56,258 bases of DNA from Acidimicrobiia bacterium (GCA_040878325.1 JBBDMM010000012.1:186001-242258); one strand, 5' to 3'. Positions 19,397 through 29,826 are shown, numbered from the stretch's first letter. Notes: generated by a model from the letters alone, not told the origin. A program made the numbers and translations.

Positions 19397-20848
19397 GTGC
19401 CCGACCAAGGCACCATCGGACTCATCGGGCTGGGTGTCATGGGACAGAACCTGGCCCTCAACATTGCCGACCACGGCTACCGCATGGTGGCGCACAACCG
19501 GTCGGCTGAGGTCACCGCGGCATTCCTGACCGGCGAAGCAAACGGCAAAGACATCATCGGCGCCGATCACCTCAGCGAGTTGGTCGCTGAGATCGATCGC
19601 CCCCGGCGCATCCTGCTGATGGTGACTGCGGGAGCACCCGTCGATTCGGTGATCGGACAGCTCACACCGCTCCTCGACCCGGGCGACGTGATCATCGATG
19701 GCGGCAACAGCCACTTCGAGGACACCGCCCGACGGGTCGAAAGCCTTGAGACAAAGGGCCTCCTCTTCGTGGGCGCGGGGATCTCCGGCGGCGAGGAGGG
19801 GGCCCGCCACGGTCCCTCAATCATGCCCGGCGGATCGACCGCGGCGTGGCCGCTGGTGCGCGGTGTGCTGCAGTCGATCGCCGCCAAAGTGTCCGACGGC
19901 ACTCCGTGCTGTGACTGGATCGGGCCAGGCGGCTCGGGGCACTTTGTCAAGATGGTGCACAACGGCATCGAATACGGCGATATCCAATTGCTCGCCGAGG
20001 CCTATCACTTCATGCGTGCCGGCCTCGGGATGACCGCGGATGAGATGGCCGCCGTGTTCGCCGAGTGGGACCGCGGGCGGCTCGACTCGTACCTGGTCGA
20101 GATCACCGCGGCGGTTCTACGGCTCCGCCGTGACGGCGAGCCTGTCCTCGACCAGATCCTCGACGCGGCGCAACAGAAGGGAACCGGCCGGTGGACGGTC
20201 GAGTCGGGGCTCGCCCTCGGCGTTCCGGTCACCCTCGTCGCCGAGGCCGTGTTCGCGCGGGCGGTGTCTTCGCTCAAGGACACTCGGATGAGCGCGAGCG
20301 ACGTCCTCCCGGGCCCCTCCGGCCGGATCGACGGCGCCCGGTCGGCCCTCCTCAGCGACCTCGAGCATTCCCTCTACGCCTCGAAGATCGTCTCTTACGC
20401 CCAGGGGTTCATGCTGTTGGAAGCGGCTGCCGCCGAGTACACATGGCCGCTGGACATGGGGGCCATCGCGATGATGTGGCGCGAGGGGTGCATCATCCGG
20501 GCGGCCTTTCTCGAAACGATTCGGGACGCCTACCGGGACGACCCCCAACTCTCCAACCTGCTCCTGTCTCCGCCCTTCGCAAACGCGGTTTCGGCGGGTC
20601 AGGAGGGGTGGCGACGCACGGTCGCCCGAGCGGTGGGAGCGGGAATCCCCGCCCCCACCTACTCGTCAGCCCTTGGCTTCTACGACTCGTTTCGCACGGC
20701 CCGCCTCCCCGCCAACCTCATTCAGGCGTTGCGGGATTACTTCGGCGCTCACACCTATGAGCGGGTCGACTCGCCGCGCGGCGAGCACTTCCACACGGAT
20801 TGGACCGGCGACGGCACCGAGACCTCGATCCCACGACACGGAGGCTGA
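19397..20848 (+). CDS. gndA: 6-phosphogluconate dehydrogenase, decarboxylating
   Basis: GLGVMG, NRS, GHFVKMVHNGIEY, QKGTG, RDYFGAHTY. Confidence 0.95.
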   Translation: MPDQGTIGLIGLGVMGQNLALNIADHGYRMVAHNRSAEVTAAFLTGEANGKDIIGADHLSELVAEIDRPRRILLMVTAGAPVDSVIGQLTPLLDPGDVIIDGGNSHFEDTARRVESLETKGLLFVGAGISGGEEGARHGPSIMPGGSTAAWPLVRGVLQSIAAKVSDGTPCCDWIGPGGSGHFVKMVHNGIEYGDIQLLAEAYHFMRAGLGMTADEMAAVFAEWDRGRLDSYLVEITAAVLRLRRDGEPVLDQILDAAQQKGTGRWTVESGLALGVPVTLVAEAVFARAVSSLKDTRMSASDVLPGPSGRIDGARSALLSDLEHSLYASKIVSYAQGFMLLEAAAAEYTWPLDMGAIAMMWREGCIIRAAFLETIRDAYRDDPQLSNLLLSPPFANAVSAGQEGWRRTVARAVGAGIPAPTYSSALGFYDSFRTARLPANLIQALRDYFGAHTYERVDSPRGEHFHTDWTGDGTETSIPRHGG

Positions 20849-20850
20849 CC

Positions 20851-22245
20851 GTGGACCGGCATCTGTTCGTGGTGCTCGGGGCGACCGGGGACCTCACCTT
20901 GCGCAAACTCCTCCCCGCCCTCTATGACCTGATGCGTGGCACCGACGACTGCGTAGTCCTCGGCGCCGCCACCGCCGACCTCGGGGACGATGGGTTCCGC
21001 AAGCAATGCGTCGAGGCTCTGGTCGCCGCCGACGTGGCAGCCGCCGAAGCCGAGGAATGGGTGGCGACCCACATCTACTACGAACGGGTGGAACGCGAAG
21101 GCGACTACCAGGGACTGGCTCGCCGGGTCGAGGACCTCGAGCGGCTGCTCCGTCTCCCCGGCAACCGGGTGCTGTATCTCGCGGTTCCCCCAGACGTAGT
21201 GTCCGCTGCCATCCAGCGCCTCGGCGACGCCGGACTCGCCGGTAGCCCCGGGTGGACCCGGCTCGTCGTCGAGAAGCCGTTCGGGCGCGACCTCGACAGC
21301 GCCCAACGACTGAACCATCTCGCCCACCTCCATTTCGGTGAGCAGGACGTCTACCGGATCGATCACTATCTCGGCAAGGAGACGGTCCAGAACCTGCTCG
21401 TCTTCCGCTTTGCCAATCCGATCTTCGAGGCGTCGTGGAATCGCGATCGGGTCGAACGGGTGGAAATCACCGTCGCCGAGTCGATCGGGGTGGGTTCGCG
21501 GGGCCGCTACTACGACGAGACGGGTGTTCTCCGGGACATGGTGCAGAGCCACCTCACCCAGATCCTCGCGCTCGTCGCCATGGAGTCACCGACCCGATTC
21601 ACCCCACAGGACGTGCGCGACGAGAAGGTGAAGGTGCTGCGTTCCATCCAGCCGATCCGACCCGACGACGTCGTGCTCGGCCAGTACCAGGGCTACCGCG
21701 AGGCGCCAGGGGTAGACCCCGGCAGCGGCACGCCCACCTATGCCGCGCTGCGGCTGTCGATCGACTCATGGCGGTGGCAAGGGGTTCCCTTCTTCCTGCG
21801 CACCGGCAAGGCGGTCCGCCGGCATGAGACGGCGGTGGCGGTCACGTTCCGCGGTCCGCCCGTGTGCCTCTTCCATGGAAAGCCCGACGACTGCATGTCG
21901 GCGGGGAACGTTCTCTACCTGAAGTTGCAACCCGAAGAGGGTTTCTCCCTCGTGATCGAGGTCAAGGAGCCGGCCGACATGTTCACGGTGCGGCGGATCC
22001 CGCTCCACTTCTCCTATACGGAGGCATTCGGGGAGATTCCCGAGGCCTACGAGACCCTGCTGGCCGACATCGTCGAAGGCGACCCGACCCTCTTCGTGCG
22101 TTCCGATGAGGTAGAGGAAGCCTGGCGCCTGTACTCCCCTCTGCTCGACGCCGGGTTGGCGGTCCATGCCTACGACGCGGGCTCGTGGGGTCCTGAAGAA
22201 GCGATGGCTCTCCTGGGTGGCGACCCGTGGGCGACGGGAGACTGA
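20851..22245 (+). CDS. zwf: Glucose-6-phosphate 1-dehydrogenase
   Basis: GATGDL, EKPFG, RIDHYLGKE, WQGVPFFLRTGK. Confidence 0.95.
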   Translation: MDRHLFVVLGATGDLTLRKLLPALYDLMRGTDDCVVLGAATADLGDDGFRKQCVEALVAADVAAAEAEEWVATHIYYERVEREGDYQGLARRVEDLERLLRLPGNRVLYLAVPPDVVSAAIQRLGDAGLAGSPGWTRLVVEKPFGRDLDSAQRLNHLAHLHFGEQDVYRIDHYLGKETVQNLLVFRFANPIFEASWNRDRVERVEITVAESIGVGSRGRYYDETGVLRDMVQSHLTQILALVAMESPTRFTPQDVRDEKVKVLRSIQPIRPDDVVLGQYQGYREAPGVDPGSGTPTYAALRLSIDSWRWQGVPFFLRTGKAVRRHETAVAVTFRGPPVCLFHGKPDDCMSAGNVLYLKLQPEEGFSLVIEVKEPADMFTVRRIPLHFSYTEAFGEIPEAYETLLADIVEGDPTLFVRSDEVEEAWRLYSPLLDAGLAVHAYDAGSWGPEEAMALLGGDPWATGD

Positions 22246-22649
22246 ACCCGCGCGAGCGCGCCGGGACGGTCCGGGTGGCGCGGCTCGCCACGGTCGGCGC
22301 TTCCGGGGTACCCCATCTCGTCCCCGTGGTGTTCGCACTGGAGGACGACCGGATCGTCACCCCGATCGACCACAAGCCGAAGCGGTCACCGCGCCTCCAG
22401 CGCCTCGTCAACATCGCGGCGGAACCACGGGTGGCGGTGCTGTTCGACCACTACGACGATGACTGGTCCCGACTCTGGTGGGTGCGGGCGGACGGGGTTG
22501 CGACGGTGCTCACCCCGGGCGATCCACGGCATCAGGAGGCGGCCGGGCTGCTGGCCCGACGCTACGAGCAGTACTCGGAGCACCCGCTCGACGGGCCGAT
22601 CATCGAAATCGCGGTTACCCGGTGGTCGGCCTGGGCCGCCGCCAACTGA
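22227..22649 (+). CDS. PPOX-class F420-dependent oxidoreductase (Rv0121-like); start uncertain
   Basis: VARLAT...PHLVPVVFA...DHKPK...DHYDDDWSRLWWVRADG. Confidence 0.85.
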   Translation: MGDGRLNPRERAGTVRVARLATVGASGVPHLVPVVFALEDDRIVTPIDHKPKRSPRLQRLVNIAAEPRVAVLFDHYDDDWSRLWWVRADGVATVLTPGDPRHQEAAGLLARRYEQYSEHPLDGPIIEIAVTRWSAWAAAN

Positions 22650-22705
22650 CCCGGACTCGAGCCCGACGAATCCGCCGCCCGGCGGGTTAGTTACCCTTCC
22701 GCCTC

Positions 22706-23821
22706 GTGCAGATCCGACTTCTCCGAGAGACGCGTCCCGGTGAGCGCCGCGTCGCCCTCACCCCCCGGGGTGCCGCCGCCCTCGTCGCGAAGGGGCACCA
22801 GGTGCTGGTCACGCCGGATGCCGGCCTGGCGGCCGGGTTCCCCGACGCGCAGTACGTCGCAGCGGGGGCCGAGATCGCCGGAGACCCTCCGACCAAGGTC
22901 GACCTGGTCGTGGGCGTCGGGCCCCTCACCCTCGACGATCTCGGACCGACCGGGGCCGCCATCGGCTTTCTCGATCCACTCGGCGCTCCGGCCGAGGTCG
23001 AGCGAATCGCCCGGGCCGGCATCACCGCGATCGCGATGGAACTGATCCCCCGAACCACCCTGGCCCAGAGCATGGACGCCCTGTCGAGCCAGGCCACCGT
23101 CGCCGGGTACGAAGCAGTGCTGCTCGGCGCCTCTTCCCTCCCCCGGATGTTCCCGATGCTGATGACCGCCGCCGGCACCATCCGCCCCTCCAAGGTGCTC
23201 GTGTTGGGGGCTGGCGTTGCCGGCCTTCAGGCCATCGCCACCGCCAAGCGGCTTGGTGCGGTGGTGTCCGGCTACGACATTCGCCCCGCCGCCCGCGAGC
23301 AGATCGAGAGCCTGGGGGCGAAGTTCGTCGGCGGCCCCACTGCCCTGGAGGCGGAACAGGCGGGTGGGTACGCCACCGAAGTCGACGAGGCCACCCGCCA
23401 GGCACAGCAGGAGGCTCTCGCCGCCGCCGTCGCCGAGAGCGACGTGGTGATCACCGCAGCGCAGGTGCCCGGCCGGAAGGCCCCGATCCTCGTCACCCGG
23501 GCGATGGTGGACTCGATGAGCCCCGGGTCCGTGGTGGTGGACACCGCGGCATCAACCGGTGGCAACTGTGAAGTGACCCGCCCCGGCGAAATCGTCCTCC
23601 ACGGGAGCGTCACTGTCCACGGTCCGCTCGACCTGGCGTCCCGCTCGGCCGGTGATGCTTCCGAGATGTACAGCCGCAATGTCACCTCTCTCCTTGGCCA
23701 CCTGGTCAAGGAGGACGTGCTGACCCTCGACCCGGCCGACGAGATCGCCGGAGCCTGCGTCGCTCGCGGCGGCCAGATCGTCGACAATCGGGTACGCGCC
23801 GCGGCGGGAGGGGCGACCTGA
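22706..23821 (+). CDS. pntA: NAD(P) transhydrogenase alpha subunit, part 1 (dI)
   Basis: ERRVALTP, QSMDALSSQ, GAGVAGL, GGYA, GGNC. Confidence 0.95.
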   Translation: MQIRLLRETRPGERRVALTPRGAAALVAKGHQVLVTPDAGLAAGFPDAQYVAAGAEIAGDPPTKVDLVVGVGPLTLDDLGPTGAAIGFLDPLGAPAEVERIARAGITAIAMELIPRTTLAQSMDALSSQATVAGYEAVLLGASSLPRMFPMLMTAAGTIRPSKVLVLGAGVAGLQAIATAKRLGAVVSGYDIRPAAREQIESLGAKFVGGPTALEAEQAGGYATEVDEATRQAQQEALAAAVAESDVVITAAQVPGRKAPILVTRAMVDSMSPGSVVVDTAASTGGNCEVTRPGEIVLHGSVTVHGPLDLASRSAGDASEMYSRNVTSLLGHLVKEDVLTLDPADEIAGACVARGGQIVDNRVRAAAGGAT

Positions 23822-24120
23822 TGCTCGACCCGGTCGTCGTCGGCCTGATCGTGTTCGTGCTGGCATCTTTCATCGGTTTCGAACTGATCGCCAAGGTGCC
23901 ACCGACCCTGCACACCCCGCTGATGTCGGGGTCCAATGCCATCTCGGGCATCACCATCGTCGGAGCGATCATCGCCACCGGCATCGAGAACGACACACTT
24001 GCCGCCGTGCTCGCCTTCGTGGCCGTCGCCGCGGCCACCACCAATGTGGTTGGTGGGTTCCTCGTCACCGACCGCATGCTCGGGATGTTCCGCCGTCCAC
24101 AGCGGAAGGAAGGCGAATGA
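23821..24120 (+). CDS. NAD(P) transhydrogenase alpha subunit, part 2
   Basis: VPPTLHTPLMSGSNAISG, NVVGGFLVTDRML. Confidence 0.95.
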   Translation: MLDPVVVGLIVFVLASFIGFELIAKVPPTLHTPLMSGSNAISGITIVGAIIATGIENDTLAAVLAFVAVAAATTNVVGGFLVTDRMLGMFRRPQRKEGE

Positions 24121-25487
24121 ACGCCGAGTCAGAGGCGATCGTCTATCTGATCGCCGCGGTCGCATTCATCGTCGGCCTCAAGCGCCTCGGATCCCCGCGC
24201 ACGGCCCGCTCCGGCAACGCCGTCGCCGCGCTCGGCATGCTCCTGGCGATCGTGGTGACCCTCGTCGACAACGAGGTCTCGTGGATGGTGCTCGCCGGCG
24301 GCGCCGCCGTCGGAACGGTGGTCGGGGCGGTGCTCGCCCTGCGCGTCCAGATGACCGCCATGCCGCAGCTGGTCGCCGCCTTCAACGGTTTCGGCGGACT
24401 CGCCTCTGCCCTGGTGGCCGGTGCGGTGTTCGTGTCGGTGACAGGGGAAGTCGACGCGGTGGACATGCTGACGATCACTCTGTCGGTGGTGATCGGGGCA
24501 ATCACCTTCACCGGAAGCCTGGTCGCCTACGGCAAACTTCAGGGACTGATGAGCGGATCGCCGATCACCTACCCCGGCCAGAAGTCGGTCAACGCCGCGC
24601 TGATGCTGGGGCTGGTGGGCGCCGGAATCTGGAGTCAGGTGAGCCAGGAGCCGGTGGCATTCTGGGTGGCCGGCGGGATTGCCCTCCTCCTCGGCATCCT
24701 GCTGGTGATCCCCATCGGTGGTGCGGACATGCCAGTGGTGATCGCCCTGCTCAACTCGCTTTCAGGCCTCGCCGCCGCAACCACCGGGTTCGTGATCACC
24801 AACTCGGCTCTCATCATCAGCGGCGCCCTGGTGGGGGCGTCCGGGCTGATCCTCACCAAGTTGATGACCCAGGCAATGAACCGCTCGATCACCCATGTGC
24901 TGTTCGGGGCGTTCGGGACCGGAGAGAGTGCCGCCCCTGCCGCGGCCGGCGGAGGAAACGTGCGGACTACCAGCGCCGACGACCTCGCCATCGCGTTGTC
25001 GTACGCCAACCGAGTGGTGGTGGTCCCCGGCTACGGGCTCGCCGTCGCCCAGGCCCAGCACCAGATGCGCGAGGTGGCCAACAGCCTCGAAGGCAAAGGA
25101 GTCGAAGTGGTTTATGGCATCCACCCGGTGGCCGGGCGGATGCCGGGGCACATGAACGTCCTGCTGGCAGAGGCCGACGTGCCCTACGACCGGCTACTCG
25201 ACCTCGAGGCATCCAATTCCCTCATGGCCCGGACCGATGTCGTGCTGGTCCTGGGTGCCAACGACGTGGTCAACCCGGCCGCCCGCGACGATCCCGGAAG
25301 CCCCATCTACGGGATGCCGATCATCGAAGTGGACAAGGCCCGGATGGTCGTGGTCGTCAAGCGGAGCATGTCGCCGGGCTTCGCCGGCATCGACAATCCG
25401 CTCTTCTATCACGACAACACCCTGATGCTCTTCGCCGACGCCAAGAAGGCCCTCGCCGACCTGGCGACTGCGCTCGAGACGGTCTGA
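24117..25487 (+). CDS. pntB: NAD(P) transhydrogenase beta subunit
   Basis: IGGADMP, PGYGLAVAQ, HPVAGRMPGHMNV, GANDVVNP. Confidence 0.95.
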   Translation: MNAESEAIVYLIAAVAFIVGLKRLGSPRTARSGNAVAALGMLLAIVVTLVDNEVSWMVLAGGAAVGTVVGAVLALRVQMTAMPQLVAAFNGFGGLASALVAGAVFVSVTGEVDAVDMLTITLSVVIGAITFTGSLVAYGKLQGLMSGSPITYPGQKSVNAALMLGLVGAGIWSQVSQEPVAFWVAGGIALLLGILLVIPIGGADMPVVIALLNSLSGLAAATTGFVITNSALIISGALVGASGLILTKLMTQAMNRSITHVLFGAFGTGESAAPAAAGGGNVRTTSADDLAIALSYANRVVVVPGYGLAVAQAQHQMREVANSLEGKGVEVVYGIHPVAGRMPGHMNVLLAEADVPYDRLLDLEASNSLMARTDVVLVLGANDVVNPAARDDPGSPIYGMPIIEVDKARMVVVVKRSMSPGFAGIDNPLFYHDNTLMLFADAKKALADLATALETV

Positions 25488-26059
25488 TGGAGCTGGGGGA
25501 CGCGCTGCGGCGGCGGCGCATGGTGCGCAACTACACCGGCGAGCCGGTGGCCCCGGAGGCTCTCGAGCGCATTGTCGCCGCCGGTCTGGGCGGCCCTTCC
25601 GCCGGCTGGTCCCAGGGCATCTCCGTCGTCGTGGTCGACGACCCCGGACGGATCACCGAGATCGCCCGGCTATGTGGCGAGAGCGAATACGTGACGATTG
25701 GATTCGACCCCTGGCTCTCGTCCGCCGGCGCCCACATCCTGCTGTGCGTCGAGCCGGCGGTGTACCGGGCCCGCTACTCCGAGCCCGACAAGAATCCGGC
25801 AGCGCTCGAGGGGGTGCCGTGGTGGTGGGTCGACGGTGGGGCGTCGATGATGGCCATGCTCCTCACGGCAGTCGACGAGGGCCTCGGTGCCGGAATCCAC
25901 GGCGCCCGGGGGATGGCAGAGGTCCGGTCGCTGCTCGGCATCCCGGTCGATATCGAGGTTCTCGGGTTGATGACCATCGGCCACCCGGTGCCCGACCGAC
26001 GATCAGGATCGCTCGCCCGGGGCCCCCGCCCGGGGCGTGTCCACCGTGGTGCCTGGTGA
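25487..26059 (+). CDS. Nitroreductase family protein
   Basis: LRRRRMVRNY, PSAGWSQG, LLTAVDEGLG; TGATG coupling to pntB. Confidence 0.85.
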   Translation: MELGDALRRRRMVRNYTGEPVAPEALERIVAAGLGGPSAGWSQGISVVVVDDPGRITEIARLCGESEYVTIGFDPWLSSAGAHILLCVEPAVYRARYSEPDKNPAALEGVPWWWVDGGASMMAMLLTAVDEGLGAGIHGARGMAEVRSLLGIPVDIEVLGLMTIGHPVPDRRSGSLARGPRPGRVHRGAW

Positions 26060-26133
26060 GCCAGATCCACCGCCCCGTGGCGCCTACCACTACGCTGCGG
26101 GTGCCTCCCACCCCAGCCTGAGGAGCCATCAGG

Positions 26134-27318
26134 GTGCAGCCGCGCCGCCACCTCTTCACCAGTGAATCCGTGTCGATGGGTCATCCGGACAAGGCCGCCG
26201 ACCAGGTAGCCGACTCGATCCTCGACGCCGTGCTCGCCCAGGATCCCGATGCCCGGGTCGCCTGCGAGGTCCTGTTGACCGACGGCATGGCCGTCATCGC
26301 CGGCGAGATCACTGCCGACGTCGAGGTCGACTACGCCGGGGTCCTGCGCGAAACGATGCGCTTCATCGGGTACGACGATCAGGCCGTCGGTTTCGATGCC
26401 GACTCGGCGGAGGTCCACGTCGCCATCCACGAGCAGTCGCGCGACATCGCCATCGGGGTAGATCGTGGTGAAGAGATGGGCGCGGGCGACCAGGGGCTGA
26501 TGTTCGGATACGCCATCGCCGAGACCCCCGAGTTGATGCCGCTGCCGATCACCCTCGCCAACAAGATCATCGCCGCCCAGGCGGCCGCCCGGGTCGCGGG
26601 CACGGTCCCCCACCTGCGTCCCGACGCCAAGAGCCAGGTATCGGTGGTGTATGAGCGGGGCGCACCCCGGGGGCTTGCCTCAGTGGTCCTCTCCACCCAG
26701 CACGGGCCTGAGTGGAACGACGACATGCCCGGACTGCGAGAAGCGGTCGTCACCGAGATCCTCCGTCCGGCGCTCGGCGAGTGGTGGGCGGACGACATCG
26801 CCATCCATGTCAACCCGACGGGAAGGTTCGAGACGGGCGGCCCTGCCGGTGACACCGGGCTCACCGGCCGCAAGATCATCGTCGACACCTACGGCGGGTG
26901 GGCCCGACACGGCGGCGGCGCCTTCAGCGGAAAGGACCCGTCGAAGGTCGATCGATCCGCCTCGTACATGGCCCGCCACGTGGCAAAGAACATCGTCTCG
27001 GCCGGTCTCGCCCGCGAGTGCGAGGTGCGGCTCGGCTACGCCATCGGACTCCCCTTCCCCACCGCGGTCACGGTCGATTGCCGGGGCACCACCGACTTCG
27101 ACGAGGAGGCCATCGAGGCGGCCGCCATGGAGGTGTTCTCATTCACCCCCAACGGGATCATCGCCGCCCTCGGCCTCCGCCGGCCGATCTACCGGCCGAC
27201 CTCGTACCACGGCCATTTTGGCCGCACCCCCGACGATGCCACCGGGGCCTTCTCGTGGGAGCGGACCGACAAGGCCGAGGCCCTCCGCGACGCGCTCGGC
27301 GTCTCCGCCAGCGCCTGA
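26134..27318 (+). CDS. metK: S-adenosylmethionine synthetase
   Basis: FTSESV..GHPDK, GAGDQG, GGGAFSGKDPSKVDRS. Confidence 0.97.
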   Translation: MQPRRHLFTSESVSMGHPDKAADQVADSILDAVLAQDPDARVACEVLLTDGMAVIAGEITADVEVDYAGVLRETMRFIGYDDQAVGFDADSAEVHVAIHEQSRDIAIGVDRGEEMGAGDQGLMFGYAIAETPELMPLPITLANKIIAAQAAARVAGTVPHLRPDAKSQVSVVYERGAPRGLASVVLSTQHGPEWNDDMPGLREAVVTEILRPALGEWWADDIAIHVNPTGRFETGGPAGDTGLTGRKIIVDTYGGWARHGGGAFSGKDPSKVDRSASYMARHVAKNIVSAGLARECEVRLGYAIGLPFPTAVTVDCRGTTDFDEEAIEAAAMEVFSFTPNGIIAALGLRRPIYRPTSYHGHFGRTPDDATGAFSWERTDKAEALRDALGVSASA

Positions 27319-27332
27319 TCTAGGCTCGGCCG

Positions 27333-28436
27333 GTGGACCCCGAGCCGATGATCCGCCTCGACGCCGTCACCAAAGTGTTCCCCGGCGAGACGAGCGCGGC
27401 GGTCTCCGGCCTCTCGCTCGACGTCGCGGAGGGCGAAATCGTCGTGCTCGTCGGCCCGTCCGGCTGCGGCAAGACCACCACGCTGAAGATGATCAACCGG
27501 CTGGTGGAGCCCACTTCGGGCCGGATCACGGTCGCCGGCGAGGACATCATGGCGGTGTCGGCCCCGGAGTTGCGGCGACGGATCGGCTACGTGATCCAAC
27601 AGATCGGGCTCTTCCCCCACCGGACCCTCGCCGAGAACGTCGCCACGGTCCCCCGGCTCCTCGGCTGGGACCGCGCCCGTATCGACCAGAGGGTGGACGA
27701 ACTGATCCGCCTGGTCGACCTCGAGCCCAGCATGCGCAACCGCTATCCCCGTGAGCTTTCGGGTGGGCAGCGCCAGCGGGCCGGGGTGGCGCGGGCTCTC
27801 GCCGCCGACCCCCCTGTACTGCTGATGGACGAGCCCTTTGGCGCCGTCGACCCCATCGTCCGCAGCCGGCTCCAGGACGAGTTGCTGGATCTCCAACGGC
27901 GGCTTCGTAAGACGATCGTCTTCGTGACCCACGACATCGATGAGGCGATCAAACTCGGAGATCGGGTGGTGATCCTCAACGTCGGGGGAATCGTCGAGCA
28001 GTACGCCCCGCCGGCCGAGATCCTGCGAGACCCGGCCAACGGGTTCGTCGCCGAGTTTCTCGGCTCTGATCGAGGAATTCGGCGTCTCTCGCTGATCCCC
28101 ATCAGTCAGGTGCCGCTCGAAGAGGGGCCGATGGTCGACCGGGGGGCATCCGTCGAGACGGCCCGGGCCCGAATGGACCGTTACGGGGTCGACTGGTTCG
28201 GGATCCTCGACGGCGGGCAGCTGCTCGGCTGGGCCTGGGCAACCGAGCTGGAGGGTGCCACCGTCGCTGCCATCGACCCCAAACCCTTCGAGGTCCGCCT
28301 CCGCCTGGGGGCCTCGTTGCGCGAGGCGTTGGACACGATCATCACCTCCCACACCGGAGTGGCTCCGGTGTATGACGGGGACCGCTTTGTCGGCACGATC
28401 ACCGCCGAGGCGATCAGCCGGGAGTTGGCGCGATGA
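27333..28436 (+). CDS. Osmoprotectant ABC transporter ATPase with CBS domains
   Basis: GPSGCGKT, LSGGQ, MDEPFGAVDP; C-terminal CBS pair. Confidence 0.9.
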   Translation: MDPEPMIRLDAVTKVFPGETSAAVSGLSLDVAEGEIVVLVGPSGCGKTTTLKMINRLVEPTSGRITVAGEDIMAVSAPELRRRIGYVIQQIGLFPHRTLAENVATVPRLLGWDRARIDQRVDELIRLVDLEPSMRNRYPRELSGGQRQRAGVARALAADPPVLLMDEPFGAVDPIVRSRLQDELLDLQRRLRKTIVFVTHDIDEAIKLGDRVVILNVGGIVEQYAPPAEILRDPANGFVAEFLGSDRGIRRLSLIPISQVPLEEGPMVDRGASVETARARMDRYGVDWFGILDGGQLLGWAWATELEGATVAAIDPKPFEVRLRLGASLREALDTIITSHTGVAPVYDGDRFVGTITAEAISRELAR

Positions 28437-29098
28437 TCGCCGCCCCCTTCTTCCGGTGGGACTGGGTGTTCAACCATCTCGACCTCATCCGGGACAAGGT
28501 CGCCGAACATCTGGTACTCACCGGGATCGCCCTCGGAGTCGGGCTTGCCATCTCCGTGGCGCTCGCCCTGGTCGGCTTGCGGTTCCCCCGCCTCTACCCC
28601 CCCATCACCTGGGTGACCGGCGTGCTGTACACCATCCCCTCCCTCGCCCTGTTTGCGTTCCTGGTCCCGATTACCGGGTTCACCACCCTCACCGCAGAGA
28701 TCGGGCTGGTCTCCTACACCCTGCTGATCCTGATCCGCAACATCGTGGCCGGGATCCAGGGGGTCGATCCTGCGGTGCGCGAAGCGGCCCTCGGGATGGG
28801 CTACGCCCCGCGCCGGCTGTTCCTCGAAATCGAACTCCCGTTGGCGCTGCCGGTGATCCTCGCCGGAATCCGCATCGCCGCCGTCACCACGATCGGTCTG
28901 GTCACCATCACTGCGCTGATCGGAAAGGGCGGGGTGGGCTTTTTCATCCTCGACGGGTTGAGCCGGTTCTTCCACACCGAGATCGTGCTCGGCACCGCGC
29001 TCTCGGTGATCCTGGCGGTGGTGGTCGACCTCTCCCTCGTGCTGGCCCAACGCCTCCTCACCCCGTGGGCCAGTCGCCGGACCCCGGTGGCGGGCTGA
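28433..29098 (+). CDS. Osmoprotectant ABC transporter permease
   Basis: YTIPSLAL, EAALGMG, ELPLALP. Confidence 0.9.
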   Translation: MIAAPFFRWDWVFNHLDLIRDKVAEHLVLTGIALGVGLAISVALALVGLRFPRLYPPITWVTGVLYTIPSLALFAFLVPITGFTTLTAEIGLVSYTLLILIRNIVAGIQGVDPAVREAALGMGYAPRRLFLEIELPLALPVILAGIRIAAVTTIGLVTITALIGKGGVGFFILDGLSRFFHTEIVLGTALSVILAVVVDLSLVLAQRLLTPWASRRTPVAG

Positions 29099-29826
29099 TG
29101 GACTTCTTCGTCGACCTGATCCAGTGGTTCGGGGACAACTGGAGCGGAGACACCGGATGGGTGGCGCGCACCTGGGAGCACCTCTGGATCTCCGGAGTGG
29201 CAGTGGTGGCCGCAATGGCGGTGGCGATCCCGCTCGGCGCGTGGCTGGGCCACACTGGCCGCGGTGGCCTGATCGCAGTGTCTGTCGTCAACATTGGACG
29301 CGCCCTCCCCTCCTTCGGGATCATCGCACTGGCGCTTCCGCTCACCATCTGGCTGGCGCGGACGACACCATTGATCGACAGCGGGATCGGTTTCGCCCCC
29401 ACGGTGGTGGCTCTGTTCTTCTTGGCACTGCCACCGATCTTCACCAACACGTACGCCGGGGTCCGCGGGGTCGACGCCGACATCGTGGAGGCGGCGCGGG
29501 GAATGGGGATCGGTGAGCGGAAAATCGTCACGGAAGTCGAGATGCCGATCGCGTCACCGGTGATTCTCACCGGAATCCGGGTCACCGCGGTCCAGGTGGT
29601 GGCGACCGCCACCCTCGGCGCCCTCGTGGGATTTGGGGGCTATGGACGGTTCATCGTCGATGGGATCGCCACCCAAGATCGGCTCGAATTGGTGGGCGGG
29701 GCGGTCCTGGTGGCGTTGCTGTCCATTCTCACGGAGGTGGGGTTCTCGGTACTCGAACGGGTGGTGATTCCCGGAGGGATTCGACGCCGGAGGCGCTCCG
29801 ATGTCGACCCATTCCTGGCCACCTGA
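29098..29826 (+). CDS. Osmoprotectant ABC transporter permease
   Basis: GRALPS, EAARGMG; TGATG coupling. Confidence 0.9.
   Translation: MDFFVDLIQWFGDNWSGDTGWVARTWEHLWISGVAVVAAMAVAIPLGAWLGHTGRGGLIAVSVVNIGRALPSFGIIALALPLTIWLARTTPLIDSGIGFAPTVVALFFLALPPIFTNTYAGVRGVDADIVEAARGMGIGERKIVTEVEMPIASPVILTGIRVTAVQVVATATLGALVGFGGYGRFIVDGIATQDRLELVGGAVLVALLSILTEVGFSVLERVVIPGGIRRRRRSDVDPFLAT

Noticed and set aside
23936..26059. 707-aa ORF ending in a nitroreductase
   Set aside because: Only 25487-26059 is coding; the rest is an off-frame shadow of the pnt genes.
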